Shown: positions 39,420-54,142, counted from the first letter of the stretch. The stretch is 64,000 bases of DNA from Octopus sinensis (GCF_006345805.1 NC_043000.1:41354001-41418000), one strand, 5' to 3'. Translations and numbers: made by a program. Notes: generated by a model from the sequence alone, not told the origin.

Positions 39420-39554
39420 GTCGCTCGACTTGATAACAATATTAGCCAAATCTCATAAATCGCACCCTATCATGTTGCTAAAGAACACAAATAGAAGCGA
39501 TAGAAAATTTTCTGTGCACTCTCCTAGATTTCCAAGATGTTCTCTATAATGTTA

Positions 39555-39921
39555 TCTCTCTCTATATAAACGGCAGTTTGTCTGTACGTGTTTCTGTGTG
39601 TCTGTTTGCTTGTACCCTCACCCTGACCACGGCTTTCAACCGATTCTGATGAAACTTGACACACACATAGCCCAATGTCATAATTCAAAACTAACGCAGC
39701 GAAAATTTTGAAAAGTTCCCCCAGTTCTGAAAAAAATCGATAAATTCGACATGGGGTCGAGAATCAGAAACACAAACCGTCTAGGGGGACGCAACTCCAC
39801 CTTTTTTTACTCTCAAAAAAAATTTACCATCATTTTTTTCCATTTTTTGGCTATAACTCTCTAAAAATGCTTTATAGTTATTTCCCTTACAAACCTGAGC
39901 AACGCCGGGCGATACTGCTAG
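39555..39921 (+). mobile_element. Complete short non-autonomous Helitron
   Basis: A|TC 5' end, CCTGAGCAACGCCGGG subterminal hairpin, CTAG|T 3' end; shares the internal AATTTACCATCATTTTTT(T)CCATTTT segment with the 14394-15212 element. Confidence 0.85.
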
Positions 39922-40364
39922 TCATAACTACCGCTACAGAAATTAAAACACTGCATTTGTTTCGATTGCTCCCAAACCGTAAAGGAAAGAATATGCAAGA
40001 TTTTAAACTCTTTACAAATGTTAATTTTATTTCTGTTTCTGAAAGTATCACTACTTCTTTCACCTGACTGTTTAGATATAACATAATAAAAATCTTCTTA
40101 CACGAAAACCGCTCAAAACTTTATCTTTCATACAAAAAAAAACCCATTAAAACATCTAAACTCTTTTGAGATGGCTATATGTATTTAAAAGTAAAAAGGA
40201 ATAGCTGTCTTGGCAAGATGAGATAGGAGGCAATGTGAGCAGCAAAATACAACGGAATGTAAGGTGAGGTGAACAACGGATAATAAAATGTTACTTTACT
40301 TATGGTGTGCATAAACATGAGGCTGATTTAATGTTAGTTTAATTAAATTCTATGCTTCTATGGT

Positions 40365-40738
40365 TGGCACTCCGTCGGTTACAACGACGAGGGTTCCAGT
40401 TGATTCGATCAACAGAACAGCCTGCTCGTGAAATTAACGTGCAAGTGGCTGAGCACTCCACAGACACGTGTACCCTTAACGTAGTTCTCGGGTAGATTCA
40501 GCGTGACACAGAGTGTGACAAGGCTGGTCCTTTGAAATACAGGTACAGAAGAAACACGAAGAAAGAGTGAGAGAAAGTTGTGGCGAAAGAATACAGCAGG
40601 GTTCGCCACCATCCCCTGCCTTGTGGAACTTTAAGTGTTTTCACTCAATAAACACTCACAATACCCGGTCTGGGAATCGAAACCTCGATCCTACGATCGC
40701 GAGTTCGCTGCCCTAACCACTGGGCCATTGCACCTCCA
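40365..40738 (-). mobile_element. Full-length SINE type C
   Basis: tRNA-like head at 40738 through the GTAACCGACGGAGTGCCA tail. Confidence 0.85.
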
Positions 40739-42176
40739 CTATGCTGCTATGAAAGAGCAGGCAAAAAGAAAGAATTGATACATGGAACACTAGACAAATT
40801 GTAACTGAATGGTTGAATCAAACACGAGAAGATACTTCAAATAGTATTTTGAATTTAGAAAGTAAAAGTCATAAAAGTCTTCATGAACAATCCATGTCAC
40901 TTTATTGAAATGTTTCAATGCGAACAAGTTTATTAAACTGCTTTGCATAATATAAGTATCACTGGAAAAATAATTATTCCATGTACATGTAATTTCCATC
41001 AAGAAAATATTTACAAATTTCTCAACAAATGCACGAAGTTCTAAGAACCACCATGAACTGCGTATATTTCCTGAGCTACGATGATTTGCAATAACTAATT
41101 TTGAACTTCTTATGAAGCGAGCAGTTTCGGCTACTCATGGTTCAGATGTTCATAACACAAATGTAGTTTTATGATCGTACTCAAATCGGTTGGAGAAAAA
41201 TTTTAATTAGGAAAAACAGAACTTTATAAATATGATGAAATAGTGAGGCATTTCTGTAGAATGTTAAATGATACAGCATTTCTTCTCAAAAACAGAATTA
41301 AGGAACGTATGAATTATTTGAAGATATGTTTTCGCCAAAGAATGGAAAAGTTACTTGTATATTTTGATGGGATTTTGTTAAACTAGTAGTACTTATAGAA
41401 AAATACCATTTATAAAGTCAGGGGAATTTTGAATCTTACTTTTGAAATTCTGACTCAACTATTCTTATTTTAATTTCTCCTATGTTTTATGTTTCCTTTA
41501 GGAGAGTAGACACACTTAACTTAGTAAGTCGTCAAGCACGCACAAGTGATAATTATGAAGAATGAAATGCAGCCTTTGTTTCATTAGTTGGATATTATTA
41601 TCCAAGATTTTGAGCCGCTATTGATAATGTATGCAAGGATTGTGCCATAGTTTTCTCACGAACTGCTAAAATTTTTCTAATGGATCACATTGTGAAGGCG
41701 CCAGTTACGTCCTCCTCTCTAATGCTTATATTATGCCAAGACTTATTAGAAATTTGCAGAAGTTAAGAGTAATTCCAAAGGATGCTTTAAATAGATATTA
41801 AGCGATATTTAGTTTACTATTTTCATTAGATAAGCATTATTAATTTTAGTGCTGCAATGAATCTTATCTGCAAAATACTAAATTAGATACTACTTCTTAA
41901 ACGTGAGCAGTTGAGGTTTCTTCAGTATAGATATGAACAATTGTCGTTTTCCGACATGGGTTTTGATAGTGAGTTGTATTCGAGATGTTGAGGATGGAGA
42001 AAGTGACATTCATTCACACGGTCAGTGTGTGTTTGAGCCTCCATTTAACCCTCTCCGAGTATACCGAACAGCATTCCATTTGTGGCCATTTAATCCCGTC
42101 AGATGATCTCTCTTTTTCATGTCTATAAAGTATAGGTAAGTAGATTTGTGTATGTTTCTGTGCACGAGTGTGTGTG

Positions 42177-42264
<88 letters not shown>

Positions 42265-42996
42265 CCGAGCTCTCCTTCTTTCTCTCTCTCTCTACACACA
42301 CACACACATATACTTATATATAGATAGATATATAGATATATACGTGTATATATATATATATATACGTATATATACGTATATATATGTATGTATGTATGTA
42401 TGTATGCATGTATGTATGTATATATATATATATATATATGAATATATATATGGGTGTATCTCTTTCTCTCTCTATATATATATACGTATATATATGTTTG
42501 TATATATATGTATATATATATACATATATATATGTATATATATATATACATATATATGTATATATGTATACATATATATGAATATATGTATGTATATATG
42601 TATACGCGTGTATGTATATATATATATATGTATGTATGTATATATATATATATATGTATGTATGTATGTTTATGTATGTATGAATTGCAACATGATAGTC
42701 TTTGGGTCTCATATATACGTACGATCATGATGGTGACATATCCAAACATTTTCTAAACATGACAGGCCTCAAAAGTAAATGCCGATACCCAATACGAGAG
42801 TTTTTGTCCGGATTACTGGACACATATCAGGCCCCCTGTGACCATAACAAGGTTTCTATTGACCAGTTGAACAATAGATCACTCGGCGAAAACAATTAGT
42901 TTGTTTTCGCTGTCGTTGTCGATGATACGCCTGGGGACGTGAAGCTATAACAATTTAGCTCGCATCTTGCTGGTTGGTGTTTGTTTGTTTGTTTGT

Positions 42997-43032
<36 letters not shown>

Positions 43033-44038
43033 ATGTTTGTTTGTTTTTGTGCGTGTGTGTGTGTGTGTGTGGGTATGTGTGTGTACGTGTTTCGTGTGTG
43101 TTTGTGTGCATGTGCGTGCTTACTGCTCATGTAAGTTATGTACGATGTATTCCTGCGTCCTCTGTGTGAATGAATGTATGTGTATCTATATGTGTATAAA
43201 TATTTGATTGATTGTTTATATGTATATGTATTTATTTATTTATGTATATATAGCTGTTTGCATGTATATATATTTATATATATTCATATATATATGTATG
43301 TATGTATATAAATATGCATGTATATTTATATATGTATGTATATGTATATGTATATATGTATATATATATATAAATATACATACATATATATACATATATA
43401 TATATACATACGTATATATATTTTATATATTTATATATATATATAATGGGAACTTGATAAATACACAGATAGAGAAATAGATAGATAGATAGTTAGGTAG
43501 GTAGGTAGACTGAGCGATGGTTGTATGCGTATATAAATGCTTGTATATATACAGATCATATTATGTATAAATTATGAATGTATGTATAGACGTATATATC
43601 CATGTGAACATGCATATTTGAAGAAAAATATCTATGCATGTATATGCTTATTTATATAGGCAAATATATGTATTCGTGTGAATATATGCTGTATACATAT
43701 CTGCTTATTTGCACGTATATGTGAACCGCATTAACCAGCATGTTTTTTCTAAGACAACAGTGTTTGATTTGAGAGAAATTTGGCCGCCATTTATAACCAA
43801 TTGTGCGACGATCTAAAAGATTCCATATTTGCTCGAGACTCTTTTATTTGTTCGCGTTGGTGCTGTTCAGGATTTTCATGCATTCTATAATCAATAAAGT
43901 TGTTGTACACGACTTCTTCTGTACATTGTATATCTAGAGCAAGATATCCCAAACGGGATTAACGAAAGAAATGACGACAATTATCTAGATTCGTATCTAG
44001 ATTTGTAAATTTTTATCGAGATTAGAGAGAGTGGAACA

Positions 44039-44232
44039 GGTAAAATTCAGGTTACATATGTTTCCTATCTAGTAGATGTAATAATTACTCAATGAGTGGT
44101 ACTCCACCTACTACTCATGAGGCTGAAAACACCTAAATCCTATGAAGGTTAGCTAGCTGACTACCCCTCGTTGAGTAATTATTACATCAGAGGATCTGCT
44201 AGCTAGGAAACATATGTAGCTTGTACTTCACC
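44039..44232. repeat. Inverted repeat (~44039-44100 / 44165-44232) with a hammerhead-like relic
   Basis: Arms match as reverse complements. The plus arm has CAGAGGA..GAAACATATGTA with palindromic stem III, a mutated core and poor stem I. Confidence 0.55.
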
Positions 44233-45590
44233 TGCTTCAGTCCGTTAATTTCGAATTTTATTCGCATTCATAACTACTCATGCCTTTTTTCAGCTTATCG
44301 AAATTTGACGTTGGAAAAGCCTACAAACTTCGGCCGCATGTCTATTGTTTGCTCTGTGATATCAAACTATTTTACCTTATATTCTTCATAGGAGTACATG
44401 AGGACTGCCAAACACGATGAAGGAGTGAACCTCTGATTTAGTGGGTGCGAAAGACGGATTATAGCCATTCAAGCAGAAGCGAAACCAGGCTGTGTATGGA
44501 TGAGACTATAGTAATGTGACCAGGTGAAAATATGATTTTTCACGTGGCCCACACGGCTATTTTTTGGCAGGAGAATCCGTCCTTCCTTGAATCCTTCAAT
44601 CCTGCGGGAGTCGTGAGACAAACGCTTTCTCTGTATGTAGTGGCTGCGTGCCAAGTTTCCGCAAGGAATTCACTTACCAATTCATTGCTTGATGTCATCC
44701 GTCATTTTTTATCCCCTCGGTCCACCTCTCGTTGTTCACAGTTATTTGAAGAATGGTCTTCAAACAGGAATAGATCGATGATTGAATGGAACCATTTTAT
44801 ACCGCTACTTATTTTATTGACCCCGAGAAGATGAGAGAATGGCTGGATTTGACCGAGAACTGTAGAAAACCAATTGTAAAGATTTAATATTGCAAAACAC
44901 TTTACTCTCGCATTTTGTCACTTCTAAATCTTCGCGGTTTCTAAGAGAGTAAACACAGAAGATTTACAGAGTAACAGAAGAAAACACAAGAATCAACTCA
45001 AGGAGAATAACGGTAAAGGTAAAAAAGAAATAAGAAAAAGATGTGAGAGAGAAAAAGTGAGATAGTGATAAAGTTAGAGTGTATGAGACAGACAGCATCA
45101 GAGAGAAAAAGTGAAAGAGAACGGCGTTCTTATGAGAGAAAATATATGATGTAGTGAAAGAAGATAATGTCAATTGAATGAGAAGAAAATACATTATATT
45201 GATATTTTTAACAATAACATCAAACAACAAGAACTATAAGAAAAGTAATAACAGCAATGACAGCTGCGCGAATTTTTTTTTTTTTTTAATTTTTCTTTCT
45301 TTTTTCTTTTAGCAACTATAAACTTATAGGATTTTGTAATTACTTGTTCCCCCACGATACAGAATTCCGTCTGGAGTTATCCTGAAAACAAAAACTGGAT
45401 GATGCTGCTGGAACGACAGAAAGACGCCGGAGCGTGATGGCGACACTAAGAAAGAAGAAGGAGAAGAAGAAAAAAAGACGAGAATTCTGCGTCGCAGAGA
45501 CGCCGTAACGAGTAGGCGGGTAGTGTTGTGAGCAGTGATTTATTCAGTGGTGTGTATGTGTTGCAAGGTCCTTATTATTATTGTTATTAC

Positions 45591-45650
<60 letters not shown>

Positions 45651-46467
45651 CAATTTTATTCTCAACCCCTCACCTGAAGACAGATGAAAAGAAGGAGAAA
45701 GGAGGACAGAGAGACAGAAAGGGATGAGAGGGAGAAGGAGAAAGCGATTGGGAGAGCATGGCTCGGGTAAGTTGTAAAGGAGACGCTTTATAAACACCTT
45801 CTCAAATGTCTCCCACCTCGTTCTTATGACCCAAAGATATAGAATAAAATGAAAGGTTAAAGGACAGGATGATCAATCTTTAATAAAGAAGGCCTTCCTC
45901 CAAAACAACAACAGCAACAAAAGTAAAAGCAAATAAAGCAAACACATTATATCAAGGTGAAGAAATGCTCATATTCTATCTATCACTTATTTGCAAATGT
46001 GCTTCCGATCCTGTGACATTTTCTTACAGATTATAAAGAACACTCGCCATATATTTCATCGCTTTGCTCCGTGCTATATAGTAACAGCAGTAACAGAAGT
46101 AGTAATAGCAAATATAGCAACAACAACAATAATGCAAACCTGTTTAAATAAATCAATGTCATAAAATACAGTTTCACTACACAAGATGGATATTTTTTTT
46201 TTAATAGAACACTCTATATGTGTGCTTGTGTCTGCAGACACGAACACAAATACACAAAAGTGCGCGTTTATACATATCTATCTGTGTGTATGTGTATGCA
46301 TTTCTCTGTGTGTGTGTGTGTGTGTGTGTGATGCGCGCGCGAGTTATGCATATACATTAGGTATAAGTGTGAATGTGTGGTAAGAATTTTGCTTTCCAAC
46401 CACCTGGCCCAGGTTCAATCCTACTGCGAGACACCTTCGTTAAGTGTCGTATATTATAACCCTAGAC

Positions 46468-46865
46468 AAGGTGGCGAGCTAGCAGAAACATTTGCGCGCC
46501 GGACGAAATGCTTAGTAGTATTTCGTCTGCCGTTACATTCTGAGTTCAAATTCCGCAGAGGTCGACTTTACCTTTCATCCTTTCGGGGTCGATAAATTAA
46601 GTACCGATTACGCACTGGGGTCGATATAATCGACTTAATCCGTTTGTCTGTCCTTGTTTGTCCTCTCAGTGTTTAGCCCCTTGTGGGTAGTAAAGAAATA
46701 GGTATTTCGTCTATCTTTACGTTCTGAGTTCAAATTCCGCCGAGGTCGACTTTGCCTTCCATCCTTTCGGGGTCGATAAATTAAGTACCAGTTATGCACT
46801 GGAGTCGATTTAATCAACTGGTTCCCTCTTCAAAAATTTCGGGCCTTGTTCCTAGAGTAGAAAAG
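46468..46865 (+). mobile_element. Dimeric SINE type B
   Basis: Two tandem TTCTGAGTTCAAATTCCGC..GAGGTCGACTT modules. Confidence 0.85.
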
Positions 46866-46867
46866 TA

Positions 46868-47399
46868 CAAGGTGTTCAAAAAGTCCTCTGCAGTATCTTA
46901 TTGCAAAATAAATAAGTTGGTATAAGACTACAAACGACTATATTAGACTTTAGAAAACGTTATCAGAGGTGTTGAAAGTGTCATCCTTCATTTTTACATC
47001 ATTTGACCCTTCTACACATGTTTTAAAATACATTTTGGAGAGTCTGATGTGGTAGGGGCCATGTGAAGGTTATGATTGCGTCGTTTAGGCCATTAAGGAT
47101 TTTCGGGCGATTCTTGTACACTGATCCTTTATTTGCTCCACAGAAAAAAGTCTGGCGGTGTTAAATCAGGTGATCTTGGTAACTAAAGTCCCTTCGAAAT
47201 AATCAGTTCACCAAAAAACTCTTAAAGTAGTGCCATGGCGATGCGCGAAGCTGTAGCTCCATCTTGCTGAAAGTATGCATTATTAATTTCACTTTCGGTA
47301 AGTTGGCCCACAAATGGATAGACAATATTTGAGCAATATCTCTCGGTGTTGATGGTGTCTTCAAAATATTCATTGCGGAGAGACTTTTTGAACAACCTG
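46868..47399 (-). mobile_element. Internally deleted Tc1-like transposon with intact TIRs and TA target duplication
   Basis: TA|CAAGGTGTTCAAAAAGTC...GACTTTTTGAACAACCTG|TA; transposase relic YFQQDGATA and PRSPDLTPPDFFLW. Confidence 0.85.
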
Positions 47400-48085
47400 T
47401 ATATTATAACCCTGGTCTGACCAAAGCCTTGTGAATGGATACGGTAGATGGGAACTGAAAGAAGTACATCGTGTGTGTATATATATATATAAATTTATAA
47501 ATAAGGATAATATCGATATTTAAATATCGATATTATCAAGTGGCCAGCATGGAAAAAATATATATGGACGCTCGTATATGTAAGTATAACGTTTGTTCTG
47601 CATATATATATTTGTATTTATGTGCTTTGATATATTCAACCGATGATGGCAAAGCTTATTTAAAGCAAATCTAGAAATCCTGGATCTTGAATTATTCAGT
47701 AATATTTTTTGCTAGTCTATTTTGTTCCTCTGTCTTATCTCATGGTGCGATATGAACATTTAACGTGGTTTTTAGAGTCAGGGATTTGATTGCTATTTCG
47801 GCATGGTGGTGTCTCTCAGACACCCTTATTTTTAGTTATATATATATATACATATATATATATATAGATAAGAAAGTTGGTTTGTGAAAGCACGTGGTTG
47901 AATATATAGAAAATAGTAAAAAAGTGAAAATACTACAGAAGGCTTAAAGGTTAAAAAATATATATATTTGCGTCAATATGTCTGAAGAATATTAAAAAAT
48001 TTTTTCCTTACAATGACAATTTAGAAGAAAGACCGGTTTCGCGTTTAGCTTTTCAAATTTCTTACGACGTTATATATATATGTTC

Positions 48086-48532
48086 CTTTATTCTTTTATT
48101 CTTTTACTTGCTTCAGTAATTTGACTGCGGCCATGCTGGAGCACCGCCATAAAGGGTTTTAGTCGAAGAAATCCCCACCCAGGACTTAATCTTTGTAAGC
48201 TTAGTACTTATTCTATATGTCTGTTTTGCCGAACCGCTTGGTTACGGGGGCATAAACACACCAACATCGGTTGTCAAGCGATTTCAGGGGGACAAACACA
48301 GACACACACACATGAACAGGCACACACTCACACGCACACACGCACACGCACGCACGCACGCACGCACGCACGTACGCACGTACGCACGCACGCATGCACA
48401 CACACACACACACGCATATGATAGACTTCTTGAGGTTCCGTCAACAATATCCACTCACGAGGATTTGGTCAACCCGAGGCTAGTATAAGAAACTTGCTGA
48501 AGGTCACACAGTGGGACTGAACTTGCAACCAT
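48086..48532 (-). mobile_element. SINE type A
   Basis: Tail, (CA/GCAC)n and head segments collinear with other type A copies. Confidence 0.8.
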
Positions 48533-48542
48533 ATACATACAT

Positions 48543-48639
<97 letters not shown>

Positions 48640-49308
48640 ATATATATATATATATTCATAAACATATACATACACACACACACACACACACACACTTACA
48701 CATACACATTGTCGCTTCGTAGCTATGTGGCGCTACCTTTGGCATGTTTCTTCTCCGATATCGCAGGTCTATAACGTGAGTGTAACTGATTAGTGTGAAA
48801 ACTGTGGAGACACGTCGTTAAATACCGGAAATCTTTTATTCCGGCGCCCTGACAATTTGAACAGTTGGCTGACTTTTCTCAAAAAATAATGATTAAAAAA
48901 AGTTGAGTTATATTATCAACTAAAATATCCTTAACCTTCAATGTTTATTTAATACGACATTAATAATCTCAAGTCGGTAGTACCGCCTGTGACTAGGATC
49001 TCATACGCCAATCTTGTCAATATCTGTATGTGTGAGTGACTGTATGTATGCATGTTCTCTTTCTCTTTCATCATTCTTTAAGTAATTTAGTGACTGTTGC
49101 TAGCCATCTATCCGAAAGTGGATTCTGTCATCCTTTCAATCCTATAGTGTTACGATATAAGTTCCATGTTTCTGACCTGGTCATTTGACAGAGTTTTCAT
49201 TATGTAATTTGCATTAATGAAACGTACGTAAGGTTTTTCAAATAAATATCTTATAAACAAAACCTCGTTTTTTTGCATTCGTTTGTTACATAAACACACA
49301 CACACACG

Positions 49309-49367
<59 letters not shown>

Positions 49368-50722
49368 ATCTTTATGTGTTATCCTTTGATGGTTTTAGTC
49401 ATTAGACTGCGACCATGCTGGGTACCAAGATGAAAAACTTTGGTCGAACGAATCGACCACACTAATCAACACTTTAAAAGTCTGGTACTTGGTTCTATAC
49501 ACACATAAATAGAAAAAGGAGCTGCAAAAATTGGACTCCCTTATCCGGTTTTGCCATTGAAGTTTTTAGAAAGAGTGTAAGATACCTTCAACTATTTGAA
49601 GCTTCCCGAAGAATAGTTTCACTGTAGGTATCATCACCTGTGGAAACGATGGCATTTGATGAACTATGTACTTACCCGCAGGGACAATACTTCAGCTATA
49701 TGCTGTACATATACAATGAGGAGAGCTAACTGCCTCACTGATCATATATTGATTCATGTTGCATATAATTTGTGCATGAGACAGAAGTGCAACAAAATTT
49801 GTGGAACTACGTCAAAACAATAGAATGTCAGAAAGGGAAATAAAAACTCTGCTTAACCTGCTCTCACAGCAAATAACAGACATCTAAAAAATATAACGTG
49901 ACACTCCATCAACTGACACTGCACAAGTCAATGCTTGTTGGGCACAGCTGTATATATATATATATATAATATATTAATAAATAAAATAAAACATATGCAT
50001 ATATATAAACATATATGTACGTACCTACATGTACATATACACGCATATGTGAGTACAGGACACCAAAAAGGACGTCGAACACAATGAGAAACGAAAACAT
50101 AGACACAAACCAAAGGAACTGGACATTTATTAAAAACAGCAAAAAAAATAGAATACAGGACAATTAACACAAGGAAAAACCCCTTCTTCAGTCGCTAAAG
50201 CTTTCATCTACTCTACGTTTCGAAGGATAAAAGCGACAAGAAACCTTTCCTTCCTGCGAAAAGCAAATCAATTAAAATTCTGAGATTTTTTCGCAGAGGG
50301 GTAAAAAATAGTAACAACAGGACAGTAACGACAGTGCAAATTGTAAACAGTATAAGACAGAACAAGGAAAACAAGATAAGAAGGGCTGTTGACGCCGAAC
50401 GAAAAAAAGTATTGCAAACGCAGAATTTTATATATATATATATATATGTGTGTGTGCACTCTCGCGCTCTGCGCTTGCGGACATTCGCGTGTACTTGTAC
50501 GCGTGTTCTGGTGTACATCTCGGTGATCGTGTGTGCGTGTGGGCCCAGCCATGAATTCGCGTGTCCGTGCGGGGTCGTGCATGCACATGTATGTGCATGT
50601 GGGTGCATTTCGGCGTATCCACTTATATTTACTATATAAGGTTTATCTTTGTGCCCTCCTTAATTTGTATTCCATTTTATTTATCTATTTATCTATACAT
50701 GGATATATATGTATATATATAT

Positions 50723-50754
<32 letters not shown>

Positions 50755-51976
50755 TTATTTAATTATTTATTTTTGTTTATTTGGCACTTACTAACTTATA
50801 ATCAATTTAATTTAATTTATAATTAATGAACTTATATCTAAGTTAATAGTAACTTCTGTTTACTTTTTGTGTATGTATATATATGTCTTTGGATGGGCAG
50901 ACATATATTTTAATTTATGATTTAGTGGATGTGGGTGGAGGTGTCGAGGTGTGTGAAAATGTGTATGTGTACGTATGTATGTTTTTGTGCGTATAGGTAT
51001 GCTCGTAGGTGGATGTACGGATGTATGTTTTTCTTATACATATGAGTACGCAGGTGCGTATTTTGATATGTATATATGCATATGCAATATTTATTCATGG
51101 TGGATATAAGTATAGGTTTTATTGTACGTATGAGTGCGCAGACATATATTTAAATATGTATATATATGTGTGCGATATAGTATATAAGAGTGTATTAACA
51201 TTTATGAGTATATGCGGATGTGCGTGTGAGTGTGTGTGTTAGTGTATAGACACTGCTGCTGCCTGTACTGATTTGTCTATAAGCCATGCGATGACAGACA
51301 TGCACTCTGCAATCTAGTGAATGTGTAGAGTTGTGTCGGGGTGTATTCATGTGTGTGTGCATGTGTGTGTGGGTATTTATGTGGACGTGTGGGTTTAGGG
51401 TTGGATGTGGATGTGTATGTTTTTCTTGTGCGGTGTGGTGGAGGTCGGGCGGCTCTCAACGGACCAACCATGATGATGACAATGATAATTTAAATTCAAA
51501 TCCAATAGTATATTTATGTCATAAGGAAAATTACTAACTTGAACCCGGACATACATATGTGCCACTTCGGATCCTAATGTAAGCGTTATTAATAATATTA
51601 TGAATGATAATAATGATAACATTAATTGTATTGACAATGATAATGATGCTAACTTTAATGACACTTTGGAAATTAGTAGGAAGTATTATAATGTGCTATT
51701 GACTATGTATATTTGCATCTGGCAACGATAATGATGCTAACTTTAATGACACTTTGGCAATTAGTAGGAAGTAATATAATGTACTATTGACTGTGTATAT
51801 TTGCATCTAGGTTCTAATATGTGTATGTTTATTATCACAATATTAAGTTGAAGAACTGAGACATTGAATAAGGAACGTATATATGTTTACTAATTTATAT
51901 TATTTATTTACATTATTATGTATATGTATATTTTTATATGTATAGGAGTGTGAGTATATGCACTCATATGTATATG

Positions 51977-52109
51977 TATATCTCCGAGGAGGCCTTATGA
52001 TATTTTTGTAAATGTCTCATTTATATCTATATATTGACCTACCATAAAAGGCCAATATTGGTAAAATGAGACATACTTATCTACATGGCCGAAACAACTG
52101 TAAGATGTA
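51977..52109 (+). ncRNA. Type I hammerhead with large branched stem II, U4C core variant (unit 1)
   Basis: TATATCT-CCGAGGA-GGCC..(~90 nt containing ATGTCTCATTT/AAATGAGACAT)..GGCC-GAAAC-AACT-GTA-AGATGTA; 7-bp stem I. Confidence 0.6.
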
Positions 52110-52364
52110 ATCTATACTTATATTTATATTTACTTATATGTATATTCTCTTTTATATATATATTCTACTTATTATACAACATCACTCTTTTATGTACACT
52201 TTTTTATGTACATTCATTTATGTACACTGATTTGTTCTGCTTTTTTATGTTTAACCCTACAGTCTCTTATGTGGTGGTTTAATAAAGTATGTGATTGAGT
52301 ATTATCTGGTAATTGATATTTGATTTAGATGTATTTCTCCATTTTCTTATCTTGTATATATATA

Positions 52365-52445
<81 letters not shown>

Positions 52446-53678
52446 TTATTTAATTATTTATTTTTGTTTATTTTGCACTTACTAACTTATAATCAATTTA
52501 ATTTAATTTATAATTAATGAACTTATATCTAAGTTAATAGTAACTTCTGTTTACTTTTTGTGTATGTATATATATGTCTTTGGATGGGCAGACATATATT
52601 TTAATTTATGATTTAGTGGATCTGGGTCGAGGTGTCGAGGTGTGTGAAAATGTGTATGTGTACGTATGTATGTTTTTCTGCGTATAGGTATGCTCGTAGG
52701 TGGATGTACGGATGTATGTTTTTCTTATACATATGAGTACGCAGGTGCGTATTTTGATATGTATATATGCATATGCAAATATTTATTCATGGGTGGATAT
52801 AAGTATAGGTTTTATTTGTACGTATGAGTGCGCAGACATATATTTAAATATGTATATATATGTGTGCGAATGTTCCCTGATATAGTATATAAGAGTGTAT
52901 TAACATTTATGAGTATATGCGGATGTGCGTGTGAGTGTGTGTGTTAGTGTATAGACACTGCTGCCTGTACTGATTTGTCTATAAGCCATGCGATGACAGA
53001 CATGCACTCTGCAATCTAGTGAATGTGTAGAGTTGTGTCGGGGTGTATTCATGTGTGTGTGCATGTGTGTGTGGGTATTTATGTGGACGTGTGGGTTTAG
53101 GGTTGGATGTGGATGTGTATGTTTTTCTTGTGCGGTGTGGTGGAGGTCGGGCGGCTCTCAACGGACCAACCATGATGATGACAATGATAATTTAAATTCA
53201 AATCCAATAGTATATTTATGTCATAAGGAAAATTACTGACTTGAACCCGGACATACATATGTGCCACTTCGGATCCTAATGTAAGCGTTATTAATAATAT
53301 TATGAGTGATAATAATGATAACATTAATTGTATTGACAATGATAATGATGCTAACTTTAATGACACCTTGGAAATTAGTAGGAAGTATTATAATGTGCTA
53401 TTGACTATGTATATTTGCATCTGGCAACGATAATGATGCTAACTTTAATGACACTTTGGCAATTAGTAGGAAGTAATATAATGTACTATTGACTGTGTAT
53501 ATTTGCATCTAGGTACTAATATGTGTATGTTTATTATCACAATATTAAGTTGAAGAACTGAGACATTGAATAAGGAACGTATATATGTTTACTAATTTAT
53601 ATTATTTATTTACATTATTATGTATATGTATATTTTTATATGTATAGGAGTGTGAGTATATGCACTCATATGTATATG

Positions 53679-53811
53679 TATATCTCCGAGGAGGCCTTAT
53701 GATATTTTTGTAAATGTCTCATTTATATCTATATATTGACCTACCATAAAAGGCCAATATTGGTAAAATGAGACATACTTATCTACATGGCCGAAACAAC
53801 TGTAAGATGTA
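53679..53811 (+). ncRNA. Same hammerhead motif in unit 2
   Basis: Same sequence as 51977-52109, offset 1702 bp. Confidence 0.6.
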
Positions 53812-54066
53812 ATCTATACTTATATTTATATTTACTTATATGTATATTCTCTTTTATATATATATTCTACTTATTATACAACATCACTCTTTTATGTACA
53901 CTTTTTTATGTACATTCATTTATGTACACTGATTTGTTCTGCTTTTTTATGTTTAACCCTACAGTCTCTTATGTGGTGGTTTAATAAAGTATGTGATTGA
54001 GTATTATCTGGTAATTGATATTTGATTTAGATGTATTTCTCCATTTTCTTATCTTGTATATATATA

Positions 54067-54123
<57 letters not shown>

Positions 54124-54142
54124 TATATAAATTTATACATAC

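Larger units (their letters stand above)
50745..54065. repeat. Direct tandem duplication, two ~1.7-kb units (offset 1702 bp over the distal part), joined at (TA)n arrays
   Basis: Identical ORF calls are offset by 1702 (51277/52979, 51331/53033, 52085/53787); a few SNPs and indels (e.g. 11-bp insert at ~52868). Confidence 0.95.

Noticed and set aside
41502-41523. 22-nt plus-strand microexon between TTTAG and GTAAGT
   Set aside because: Not frame-preserving, and such motifs are expected by chance; the surrounding 41000-41950 reads through many stops with no recognisable domain.
51277-53984. Duplicated 64-89 aa ORFs as paralogous genes
   Set aside because: Short low-complexity frames repeated only because the DNA is tandemly duplicated.
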